A stretch of 64,000 nucleotides of DNA, from NCBI GenBank assembly GCA_034430895.1, contig DAOUDW010000035.1:121189-185188 (forward strand), read 5' to 3'. This stretch comes from Anaerolineales bacterium (GTDB lineage Bacteria > Chloroflexota > Anaerolineae > Anaerolineales > E44-bin32). The translations under genes were made by a program, and so were the position numbers. A model generated the notes under the pieces. It was given only the letters and a program-made list of their open reading frames with translations, was not told the DNA's origin and did not search any database. Positions 19,629 through 27,637 of the stretch are shown here, one piece after another; positions within the stretch are counted from its first letter, which is position 1, and every line of letters starts with the position of its first letter.

Positions 19629-20006
19629 ATGTCTGATCGTGATAGTGATTTCGGTACCTTTGTCTCTGGATTTATCATTGGTGGTGTTGTTGGCGCTGCT
19701 GTCGCTTTATTGCTCGCCCCACAATCTGGAGAAGAAACTCGAACCATGATTCGCGAGAAGAGTATCGAACTGCGCGAGCAAGTAGAACAAACTGCTTCCG
19801 AAACACGGTCGCGTGCAGAGTTACTCGCCCGTGAGGCACGTGAAAGAGCCGAAGATCTCCAAAAACGCGGCCAGGTGATCCTCGAAGAACAAAAAACCCG
19901 CATCGAGGAAGCCGTTGAGAAAGGCAAACAGGCAACACGCCGCAAGAAGAAAACAACCGAGCCTAAAAAGACTGAAAAGAAATCTGACTCAAAATCCAAT
20001 TCATAG
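19629..20006 (+). CDS. YtxH-like protein
   Basis: 'FVSGFIIGGVVGAAVALLLAPQSGEETR' is the YtxH signature, followed by a charged coiled-coil tail. GAGGAG lies 8 nt upstream of the ATG at 19629. Confidence 0.7.
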   Translation: MSDRDSDFGTFVSGFIIGGVVGAAVALLLAPQSGEETRTMIREKSIELREQVEQTASETRSRAELLAREARERAEDLQKRGQVILEEQKTRIEEAVEKGKQATRRKKKTTEPKKTEKKSDSKSNS

Positions 20007-20058
20007 TCTTCCATTTCACACGAGTCAGACATGCATATCTCGAAATATTAATAATAAA

Positions 20059-20090
20059 AACAGGGCGGCTTATTACGCGCCCTGTTTTCT
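20059..20090. terminator. Bidirectional intrinsic terminator
   Basis: AACAGGGCG ... CGCCCTGTT stem with an A-run upstream and TTTT downstream. Confidence 0.65.
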
Positions 20091-20195
20091 CATCCTATAG
20101 TGGTGTTGTGTTATTCAACCATGCGATCAATCGCCAATAAAAACTGCCGCAAATCGTGCCATTTCAACTTCATTGAACAGTTCAGTTGTTTCTTC

Positions 20196-21866
20196 TTATA
20201 CACGGCTTAACCCACCATCCAATTCAGACATCGCCAGAGCCAACGAATCCGCGACATCACCGGCGATTACTCCGGCCAAAGAGCCTACCATTTCCGCTGC
20301 AATTTCCCCGGCTCTGCCGTGCAAATACGCGCCCAACACTGCAGCCTCATATGGACCCACACCTTGTGCACGCAGGCCTGTAATAACACCAGCCAAGACA
20401 TCACCGGTTCCGGCCCGTGCAAGCGCTGGCGTAGCGAACGGTAAAACGGCACATTTACCATCAGGTGCCGCAATTACGGTAAATGCTCCCTTAAGCACTA
20501 CGATGTGTCCCCACTCATTTGCGGCTTGCTGCGCGTTTTTTACCCGATCGTTTTGAATATCATCCTTGTCAATACCTGTCATCTCAGACATCTCACCTGG
20601 ATGAGGCGTCAATATGGTCAACGGTGGAAGGAAGGATGGCCAATTGGAAATATTGGTTAATAACCTTAAACCATCCGCATCGATGACGCATGGAATTCCC
20701 ACCTTTGGCTTCTTAGCTTTCTCCCCATCCGTAGGCACCAAACCCATTTTCCCACGCGTACTCAAACGCTCGCCGCCCAATAATTGCTGCAGAAAACTCG
20801 CGGTGGGTGGTTCTTGCCCAAAACCTGGACCTATAAGCATCGCCTGTGAATTTTCCATTTCTTTAATCAACACGTCTGTCGCATTTTCAGCGATGACGCC
20901 CAACTCATCCGGCAGCACGATCCAAGTTGCTTCTGGCACTTGTGGCGCCAACATTACCTGAACCGGTGCAGGCACAGCAAGCGTAACCAATCCGGCACCG
21001 ACGCGGTAAGCCCCTAAAGCAGCAAGCGCTGCCGCACCGGGGTAATTTACCGATCCGGCGACAATCAATGCCCGTCCGAATGTTCCCTTGTGTGCATTTT
21101 TCGGTCGTGCAGGGACCCAGGCTCTTACCGTATCTGCTGTTGCAAGTTCAAGCTCCACGCTGGTTATCTCCTTTAAATCTTCTTTGATCCCAATGTCGCC
21201 AATAAATAATTTCCCGACTTTGTCTGCGCCCGGAAAAATGAATAGGCCCGGTTTCGCTGCGGCCAACGTAACGGTCAGGTCACACAGTAGTGCTTCATCT
21301 GCCACTTCACCGTGATCGCAATCCAGCCCTGAAGGACAATCCACGCCCACGATTATGGGTATTCTATCTCTGGCCTGCAACGCCTGATTGGCTTCACCCA
21401 GTATACTTTTCGCATTTCCGCGTAACGGAAGTTTGAACCCGGTTCCGAGAACTGCATCGATGACAAAATCCGCCTCACCTATCCATTCCCGCAGTTTTTT
21501 TCGTTTTGGGTCCTCTGCTGCGACGACAATCTCACATCCATCTTCCGTCAGCCGCTTCAGGTTTGTATCTCCTGCCGCGCGTTGTTTCGACAAATAAGCA
21601 CGAATTGTTGCTCCAGCATTATTTAAATAATGCCCCACAACCAACCCGTCACCACCATTGTTTCCGGAACCGACCAGAATTACAACGCTTTTTCCCTCCA
21701 TCCTGGTCCAATGCACAAGGATTGTATGCGCAATGGAACAACCAGCATTTTCCATCATTTGCGCGTAACTCAATCCCGAAGCGTCCGCGGCTTTCTCTAT
21801 TACTTGCATTTGTTCGACAGTTACGATTTTGGTCAAAACGGTTCTCACTTTCTTGTGCAGCATCAA
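20196..21866 (-). CDS. nnr: Bifunctional NAD(P)H-hydrate repair enzyme (epimerase/ADP-dependent dehydratase)
   Basis: The YjeF_N motif 'GSGNNGGDGLVVG' and the C-terminal carbohydrate-kinase motif 'GTGDVLAGVITGL'. The start overlaps the aor stop by 4 nt. Confidence 0.92.
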   Translation of the reverse strand: MMLHKKVRTVLTKIVTVEQMQVIEKAADASGLSYAQMMENAGCSIAHTILVHWTRMEGKSVVILVGSGNNGGDGLVVGHYLNNAGATIRAYLSKQRAAGDTNLKRLTEDGCEIVVAAEDPKRKKLREWIGEADFVIDAVLGTGFKLPLRGNAKSILGEANQALQARDRIPIIVGVDCPSGLDCDHGEVADEALLCDLTVTLAAAKPGLFIFPGADKVGKLFIGDIGIKEDLKEITSVELELATADTVRAWVPARPKNAHKGTFGRALIVAGSVNYPGAAALAALGAYRVGAGLVTLAVPAPVQVMLAPQVPEATWIVLPDELGVIAENATDVLIKEMENSQAMLIGPGFGQEPPTASFLQQLLGGERLSTRGKMGLVPTDGEKAKKPKVGIPCVIDADGLRLLTNISNWPSFLPPLTILTPHPGEMSEMTGIDKDDIQNDRVKNAQQAANEWGHIVVLKGAFTVIAAPDGKCAVLPFATPALARAGTGDVLAGVITGLRAQGVGPYEAAVLGAYLHGRAGEIAAEMVGSLAGVIAGDVADSLALAMSELDGGLSRV

Positions 21867-23689
21867 ACATCTTCGATAAGTTCAGCGATGTTCAATTCTT
21901 CCAATTTTTTCGGACCAGGAATGCCGGTTTCGACATCCCAGCCGCGCGCCTGGTAGTAAGTTTCCAACATGTCTTCGATCGGTATACGATACCCTGCCGC
22001 GCCACCTTCTTTTAGCGGCTCTAGTAATGCTTTGGGTAACCGATCGTCCGCTCTTTTCATTCCCATGCGAATATTTGCAATCCGTTTAATATTCCAGCCA
22101 CGCTCTCCTACACGCATCAATTCATCCAGATCGTAATGGAAACCAGTCACAGCATTAACCAATTCAAGAATCGTTTTCGGAGGCACATTTGCAAAATTGC
22201 ACATGATGAGTGAGTTAAAGATGGTACGCCAGTCTTGATGCCTGGCTACATTTCTAACCTTCTCTACACCCGCATGTCTTTCAAAGAATTCCACTCCGAT
22301 CTCTTCTACGCTTTGTCCTATTTCTACCATGAAGTAATCGCTTTGATTATGACAAGCCCCGCGAGGCGATGTCGCGTATACCACGCCCATACCAGACAAT
22401 GCGCGCGGGTCATGATAGGGAATTTCCAACCCTTTAACATGCACGGCCATGTCGCTGGCGTCGAATCGATCAGCCACTTTCACTGCCCCCTCAGACAGAA
22501 TCGCGCCGAATCCTTCTCTTCTTGCAATTCCATGGACCAGTTTCTCGACAACTTCGTAGTTCCCCCAAGTCAATACATCCCCATCCGTGTCTTCTTTTGT
22601 AAGAATACCCTTCTCAAAAAGCAAGAAAGCAAGCCCAATGGTATTCGAAACAGAAATCGTATCCATTCCGTATCGATCACACAGATCTCCCAGCAGCGTA
22701 ACCGAAGATAAATCATCGATCCCGAGATTCGGCCCAAAACCGACGATTGTCTCGTATTCTGGCCCTTTTCGATCTTTGCCATCTTTAAGCCGCACTACCC
22801 GTCCACATGCAATGACGCAACCATGACAGGCGCTCACGGAAGTAAGTATCGTCTCGGCCATCGCTGCACCAGTCATACGATCAATTCCTTCAGCAATCCC
22901 CTTCGAGAAATACTTCTTGGGCATGTCCCCCAAATAATCCAGGTAGTCCCCGGCGCTTGACGACCCGTACTGGCGCAGTGCATCGGACAGGCTGTCTGTG
23001 CGTAGATCTTTATTCGATTCCGTGCGAATCTTTGTAAACCGATCCGGATGCACGATCAAAGGTTCCTGGCTGCCTCTCACCGCGATTGCTTTTAATCGCT
23101 TGGCACCCATTACCGCACCCATCCCGGTTCTTCCGGCTGCTCTTCCGCGATCGCAGATTATCGAAGCAAAGTTAAGTTGATTCTCTCCAGCAAGCCCGAT
23201 ACTGGCTACACGAATTAATCTGTCCGCATGCGCCTCACGTATTGCAGCCTGCGTTTCATAGGGGTCACACTTTCCCCAGTATGATTCCGCATCACGAATT
23301 TCTATTTTTCCTTCCCGCACCCAGATATACACCGGACGGGAAGCTTGCCCGGTAATCCAAATGCCGTCGTATCCCGTTTTACGCATCTCGGGTCCGAAAA
23401 AACCCCCAACGTGGGATTCGCCCCATATCCCCGTCGCAGGCGATTTCCCGCAGATAACAAAGCGCCCAACAGCAGGGCCTTTCGTTCCCGTCAGAGGGCC
23501 TGTGAGGAATAGGAGCGGTGCATTCGCTGAAAGCGGATCAAGGTCTTCATCCAAATACGGCAGCAAGAGATGGGCAGCGAGGCTCGCACCGCCCAATGTC
23601 TCCCGCAGCATCATCGCATCGACCTGAATCACATGGGAATCCCCCGTTCCGATGTCGATGTGCAAAATTCGAAAAACGAATTCAGCCAT
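21863..23689 (-). CDS. aor: Aldehyde:ferredoxin oxidoreductase (tungstopterin AOR family)
   Basis: 608 aa with 'LGGASLAAHLL', 'GPEYETIVGFGPNLG' and 'LCDRYGMDTIS', an N-terminal AFOR_N-like domain, and C-terminal Cys residues typical of the AOR family. Confidence 0.9.
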   Translation of the reverse strand: MAEFVFRILHIDIGTGDSHVIQVDAMMLRETLGGASLAAHLLLPYLDEDLDPLSANAPLLFLTGPLTGTKGPAVGRFVICGKSPATGIWGESHVGGFFGPEMRKTGYDGIWITGQASRPVYIWVREGKIEIRDAESYWGKCDPYETQAAIREAHADRLIRVASIGLAGENQLNFASIICDRGRAAGRTGMGAVMGAKRLKAIAVRGSQEPLIVHPDRFTKIRTESNKDLRTDSLSDALRQYGSSSAGDYLDYLGDMPKKYFSKGIAEGIDRMTGAAMAETILTSVSACHGCVIACGRVVRLKDGKDRKGPEYETIVGFGPNLGIDDLSSVTLLGDLCDRYGMDTISVSNTIGLAFLLFEKGILTKEDTDGDVLTWGNYEVVEKLVHGIARREGFGAILSEGAVKVADRFDASDMAVHVKGLEIPYHDPRALSGMGVVYATSPRGACHNQSDYFMVEIGQSVEEIGVEFFERHAGVEKVRNVARHQDWRTIFNSLIMCNFANVPPKTILELVNAVTGFHYDLDELMRVGERGWNIKRIANIRMGMKRADDRLPKALLEPLKEGGAAGYRIPIEDMLETYYQARGWDVETGIPGPKKLEELNIAELIEDV

Positions 23690-23714
23690 GTTGAATGTCC
23701 AAATCTGCTTCTAC

Positions 23715-25349
23715 TTAGCGGTTTTCTTTTACTTCGATCCTGCTCATGGCGTATTCGGCCAATGCCGTGATGGTTAGACTGGGGTTGACGCCAGGATTTG
23801 CAGGGATGATCGATCCGTCTACGACATACAATCCTGGATAGTTAAACGCCTCACAATCGATATTGATCACGCCTTCGCCCTCATCCTTTCCGAAAACGCA
23901 TCCTCCCAACATGTGTGCCGTCATAGGGACGTTGATCAAACCTTGCGTTATTGCACCGCTTGGATGTCCACCAATTTTGTTGGCCAAAGAACGTGCAACT
24001 TTCTCTCCCAGATCGATTTTTACCGGCACGGTCTTTTCCGGATCCTGATCCCCCACGAGGCCTTTCCTAAAGAACGCGAAGGGATTTCTCCCCAACCGCA
24101 GGCTTAGTACATTATCCTTCGTTTGCATGACCATGATCGCAATCCCGCGTCTTGTCAAACCCGGCACTATTCGCACGTTAAGGAAATCGATCGGATGACG
24201 GCATATCTCGATCAGATTCCGCCACACACGCACCACAATTGATTTGCTTGGCTCAATTAACGGAGTTGCTAATACGCGAAACAGCATCGACGATCGCTCC
24301 TCCAGACGAACCGGTTCGATTTGCGTTTCTTCGTCTGCTTTGAAAATCGAGGTGATCGAAAGTCCTTCTGAATGGTCCTCCGCTGTTTTCCGACGAAAAG
24401 CGCCGAAAAAAGTCTCGCTGTTCGTACGAACCATGTTTCCGAGTCGAGAAGACAAAAGGGGAAGTGTCTTGGTTTCATCACGGCATCGCAACAACAGTTC
24501 GACCGTCCCTAATGTGCCTGCAGAAACGACAACGTTCCTCGTTAGAACACTTTTATTCTTTCCACCAATGAAACTCGTTGAAGGTCGATACTTCACGATA
24601 TATCGTGCATCCGCGAATGATTCGCCGTTTGTTGGTTCGATGCCTACGACTTTTGCTTCCTCCCTGATTTCAACACCCAACCGTTCTGCGAAGTACAAGT
24701 AGTTCTTCGGCAAGGTATTTTTGGCATCATAACGACAACCGACGATACAAGCGCCACAATGAATGCATCCGATTCTCGGCGGACCTTCACCACCAAAATA
24801 TGGATCCGGGCTTTCCTCCCCAGGTTTCCCGAAATAAATCCCCACATCTGTCGTCCGAAAACTATCTTCACGTCCTAGCTCAACCGCAATTTGTCGCAAG
24901 GCTTCATCTGCAGGCCAAATCTCGGGATTTCTTTCCACACCCAACATCTTCCGCGCGTTAGCATAGTGAGGTTTTAATTTATTCGCCCAATCACCCAAAT
25001 GCCGCCATGATTCTGCGGTAAAAAAGCTCTGATCCGGCTCCATGAGAACTGCTGCATAAACCAGGCTGCCTCCGCCTACACCGCTGGAGTGATATAGAAA
25101 ATATCCCTTGGAGAGATTAAGTTGAAGTATTCCGTAGCAACGTATGGCAGGCATCCAAAGATAGCGTCGAATATCCCAATTTGTCTTTGGAAGCTCGTGA
25201 TCCTCGTAACGCTTCCCTCGCTCCAGTATAAGTACGCGATAACCTTTCTCGGCTAATCGCAAAGCGGATACGCTGCCCCCGAATCCAGAACCCACTATCA
25301 CAAAATCATAGACGTATTGATTCTCACGATGCGGTTTGGACTTATCCAT
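23715..25349 (-). CDS. GMC-family FAD oxidoreductase (cholesterol-oxidase/alcohol-dehydrogenase-like)
   Basis: The FAD fold 'DFVIVGSGFGGSVSALRLAEKGYRVLILERG' and the C-terminal 'HMLGGC' and 'GLYVVDGSIIPANPGVNP' motifs. The start is set at ATG 25349, with GAGAGG upstream. It contains a CxxCxxCxxxC motif at 24735-24767. Confidence 0.85.
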   Translation of the reverse strand: MDKSKPHRENQYVYDFVIVGSGFGGSVSALRLAEKGYRVLILERGKRYEDHELPKTNWDIRRYLWMPAIRCYGILQLNLSKGYFLYHSSGVGGGSLVYAAVLMEPDQSFFTAESWRHLGDWANKLKPHYANARKMLGVERNPEIWPADEALRQIAVELGREDSFRTTDVGIYFGKPGEESPDPYFGGEGPPRIGCIHCGACIVGCRYDAKNTLPKNYLYFAERLGVEIREEAKVVGIEPTNGESFADARYIVKYRPSTSFIGGKNKSVLTRNVVVSAGTLGTVELLLRCRDETKTLPLLSSRLGNMVRTNSETFFGAFRRKTAEDHSEGLSITSIFKADEETQIEPVRLEERSSMLFRVLATPLIEPSKSIVVRVWRNLIEICRHPIDFLNVRIVPGLTRRGIAIMVMQTKDNVLSLRLGRNPFAFFRKGLVGDQDPEKTVPVKIDLGEKVARSLANKIGGHPSGAITQGLINVPMTAHMLGGCVFGKDEGEGVINIDCEAFNYPGLYVVDGSIIPANPGVNPSLTITALAEYAMSRIEVKENR

Positions 25350-25401
25350 GAGGACCTCTCGTTCTGGCATGAAGTTTTTGTTTCATGAATACATCGATTG
25401 G

Positions 25402-25833
25402 TTAGACTTGCCCTTCGATTGCGATTTCCACATTGCGACAGCAACGCACAAAATCCAATACGGTGGGCACATTGCGCAGCATATACCCGAGATTGCCTTT
25501 CACTCGCATTCTGCGGGTCAACATTGCCTGCATCGGATCCAAATCACCCTGGATAATACTCATAATGTTCTTCATGGATGTTCTCAGTACAAAGGAAGCA
25601 TTCGGAATTTCTTCGCGCGCAGGGTCAACAACACAAACCTCGCGACAACTCCCATGCCATAGATCGAGGTAAAATGCGATTGGTATTCTTGGATCGTCCT
25701 CTTTTGGATTCGGTTCGATAACAATGACAATTTCCCCTTCCCAATTTTTTGCCACTTCTGCATAACGGGAATCCGAATTGAGTTCATCTTTAAGCGCCAA
25801 CAGCCATTCTTCGCTCGGGAATGGATAAGCCAT
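25402..25833 (-). CDS. SCP2 (sterol carrier protein 2) domain protein
   Basis: 'IIQGDLDPMQAMLTRRMRVKGNLGYMLR' matches the SCP2 C-terminal helix and KxxGN motif. 143 aa. Confidence 0.75.
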   Translation of the reverse strand: MAYPFPSEEWLLALKDELNSDSRYAEVAKNWEGEIVIVIEPNPKEDDPRIPIAFYLDLWHGSCREVCVVDPAREEIPNASFVLRTSMKNIMSIIQGDLDPMQAMLTRRMRVKGNLGYMLRNVPTVLDFVRCCRNVEIAIEGQV

Positions 25834-25900
25834 ATTGCTTTCCTCGTAAATCGATTTTGGCGATTATGATCCAATCCTCGTAAAGAGTCAAAGATTTACA

Positions 25901-25930
25901 TTGACATCCTTACTTGGACTCGATTAGACT
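25901..25930 (+). promoter_or_regulatory. Candidate sigma-70-type promoter for greA
   Basis: TTGACA (25901-25906), an 18-nt spacer, then TAGACT (25925-25930). Confidence 0.4.
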
Positions 25931-25989
25931 ATCATCTTGCACGCAAGGTAATTTCAACCGAACCTGATGGAAAGAGGCTTCACTTCACA

Positions 25990-26460
25990 ATGGAATCGAA
26001 TCAAGATTATTATCTCACGCAAGAAGGTGCGGCGAAGTTGCAAACCGAGCTTGAAGTATTGAGCGGGCCCAAGAGAAATGATTTGGCAAAACGACTACGG
26101 TTTGCAATTCAACAAGGTGATTTATCCGAGAATGCGGATTACATCGCCGCCAAAGAAGAGCAAGCCTTTCTGGAGGGACGCATCCAGGAACTCGAGGTTA
26201 TTCTTCGAGATGCAATCATCATCGAGCAAACAGTATCCAATGAAAAAGTTGAAATCGGAAGTACGGTTCGAGTTGTCGAAGAAGGCAGGGAACCAGAAAC
26301 CTACCAAATTGTTGGCGTCAAGGAAGCCTATCCGCGCCAGCAAAAGATTTCTTACGCATCGCCCATCGGTGAGGCGCTTATTGGTAAAGGTGTTGGTGAA
26401 ACCGCGACCGCCGAAACACCAGGTGGTAAGATCAAAATTAAAATCATATCGATTCAGTAA
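25990..26460 (+). CDS. greA: Transcription elongation factor GreA
   Basis: 'LTQEGAAKLQTELEVL', 'DLSENADYIAAKEEQAFLEGRIQELE' and a C-terminal FKBP-like domain. Confidence 0.95.
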   Translation: MESNQDYYLTQEGAAKLQTELEVLSGPKRNDLAKRLRFAIQQGDLSENADYIAAKEEQAFLEGRIQELEVILRDAIIIEQTVSNEKVEIGSTVRVVEEGREPETYQIVGVKEAYPRQQKISYASPIGEALIGKGVGETATAETPGGKIKIKIISIQ

Positions 26461-26467
26461 TTAAAAA

Positions 26468-26495
26468 AGAGCGAGGATTCTCGCTCTCTTTCTTT
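26468..26495. terminator. Bidirectional intrinsic terminator
   Basis: AGAGCGAG-GATT-CTCGCTCT, flanked by A6 upstream and a T-rich tract downstream. Confidence 0.65.
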
Positions 26496-26531
26496 CCGAT
26501 ATTGAAAATCAACTTCGAAAATAAAATACAC

Positions 26532-27533
26532 TCACAGCACAGTCGGCAACGCCTTCAATTCGATGGTAAGTCGATCAAAATAACTTTCTGCTGGTAACGC
26601 CGAATCCCCATAATTGAGATCAACGATGCGAGCTTCAACAGTCAAGGATGCCGTCTGCAATGTGACCACATCGCCGCCTCTCGCCTCTATGGGGTCCCCT
26701 TTCGCAGCAAGCTTCGCACGGGTTTCTCCATCTTCGAATGTGTAGCGACTCATAATGACCTTGGTTACCGTTTGAATGTCGTTCTTGTCAAAAAGCCAGA
26801 TCTCAAACGCATTTACCTTCTTTGGTTCTCCAACGCCGATAACATCGCCGATGCCTACTCCACACTCGCCGAGGAAATCCCCGGAAGCGCTTTCGATGCT
26901 GAAGGAGTCATCATACAGATCATCCCCCAATGCATACGTCGTTCTGAATGTAGCCAGCGGCTGATCGTCTTGCAGGGGAACTTCTTGATCGTACATCTGC
27001 GCCGGCGCCAATTCTTCCTCGTATTCGTAATACTCTTCCTGTCCTCCGGCATCCACTCTTCGCCTTAACACCAGTGCGACGATGAGAAGCAGACCGAGCA
27101 GCAAAGTTGCTCCACAGACGGGCAGTAATAATCTAGATAGAGAAAACCCTTCTTCGTGACCTGATTCTGATGCAGTCGCGCTGGTATCTTCCGCCTCCAG
27201 ATAGGTCTCGACGATCTCTTTAAACCTTTGAATATTACTCGGGCTCACCATTCCGGGATCCCCGCCCACTTCTGCCAGAATTTTGTCTTTATCCGATCCG
27301 ATAGAATCATACCGTTGGATCGCGAGGTCCACATCTTCGTTCAATGCAAACGAGTCAATCGTCATCCTCAGATATTCCACACGAAGATCACGACGCAATT
27401 GGTTCACTTCCCCGTCCACCCATTCGACAGGACTAATAACCCATGCATAAAACACACCCAGCACAATACCCACGACCAAGGTTAAGAGTGCGATCATGAC
27501 ATTCCGATTTAGCTTGTTCATAATTTCATTCAT
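26532..27533 (-). CDS. Two-TM membrane protein, unknown function
   Basis: 333-aa ORF with TM helices near residues 15-35 and about 140-160, an acidic Tyr/Glu-rich linker ('EEYYEYEEEL') and a beta-rich C-terminal domain. No motif I recognise. Confidence 0.55.
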   Translation of the reverse strand: MNEIMNKLNRNVMIALLTLVVGIVLGVFYAWVISPVEWVDGEVNQLRRDLRVEYLRMTIDSFALNEDVDLAIQRYDSIGSDKDKILAEVGGDPGMVSPSNIQRFKEIVETYLEAEDTSATASESGHEEGFSLSRLLLPVCGATLLLGLLLIVALVLRRRVDAGGQEEYYEYEEELAPAQMYDQEVPLQDDQPLATFRTTYALGDDLYDDSFSIESASGDFLGECGVGIGDVIGVGEPKKVNAFEIWLFDKNDIQTVTKVIMSRYTFEDGETRAKLAAKGDPIEARGGDVVTLQTASLTVEARIVDLNYGDSALPAESYFDRLTIELKALPTVL

Positions 27534-27637
27534 TGCGTCTCTTCCCTCTGTTTGAACTTAGACGCTCCTTGGATTGCTTCAAATCTCGAGCATTCTAGCC
27601 CTATCTTTAGAACTAAGCAATCGACACGTTGCAGGAT

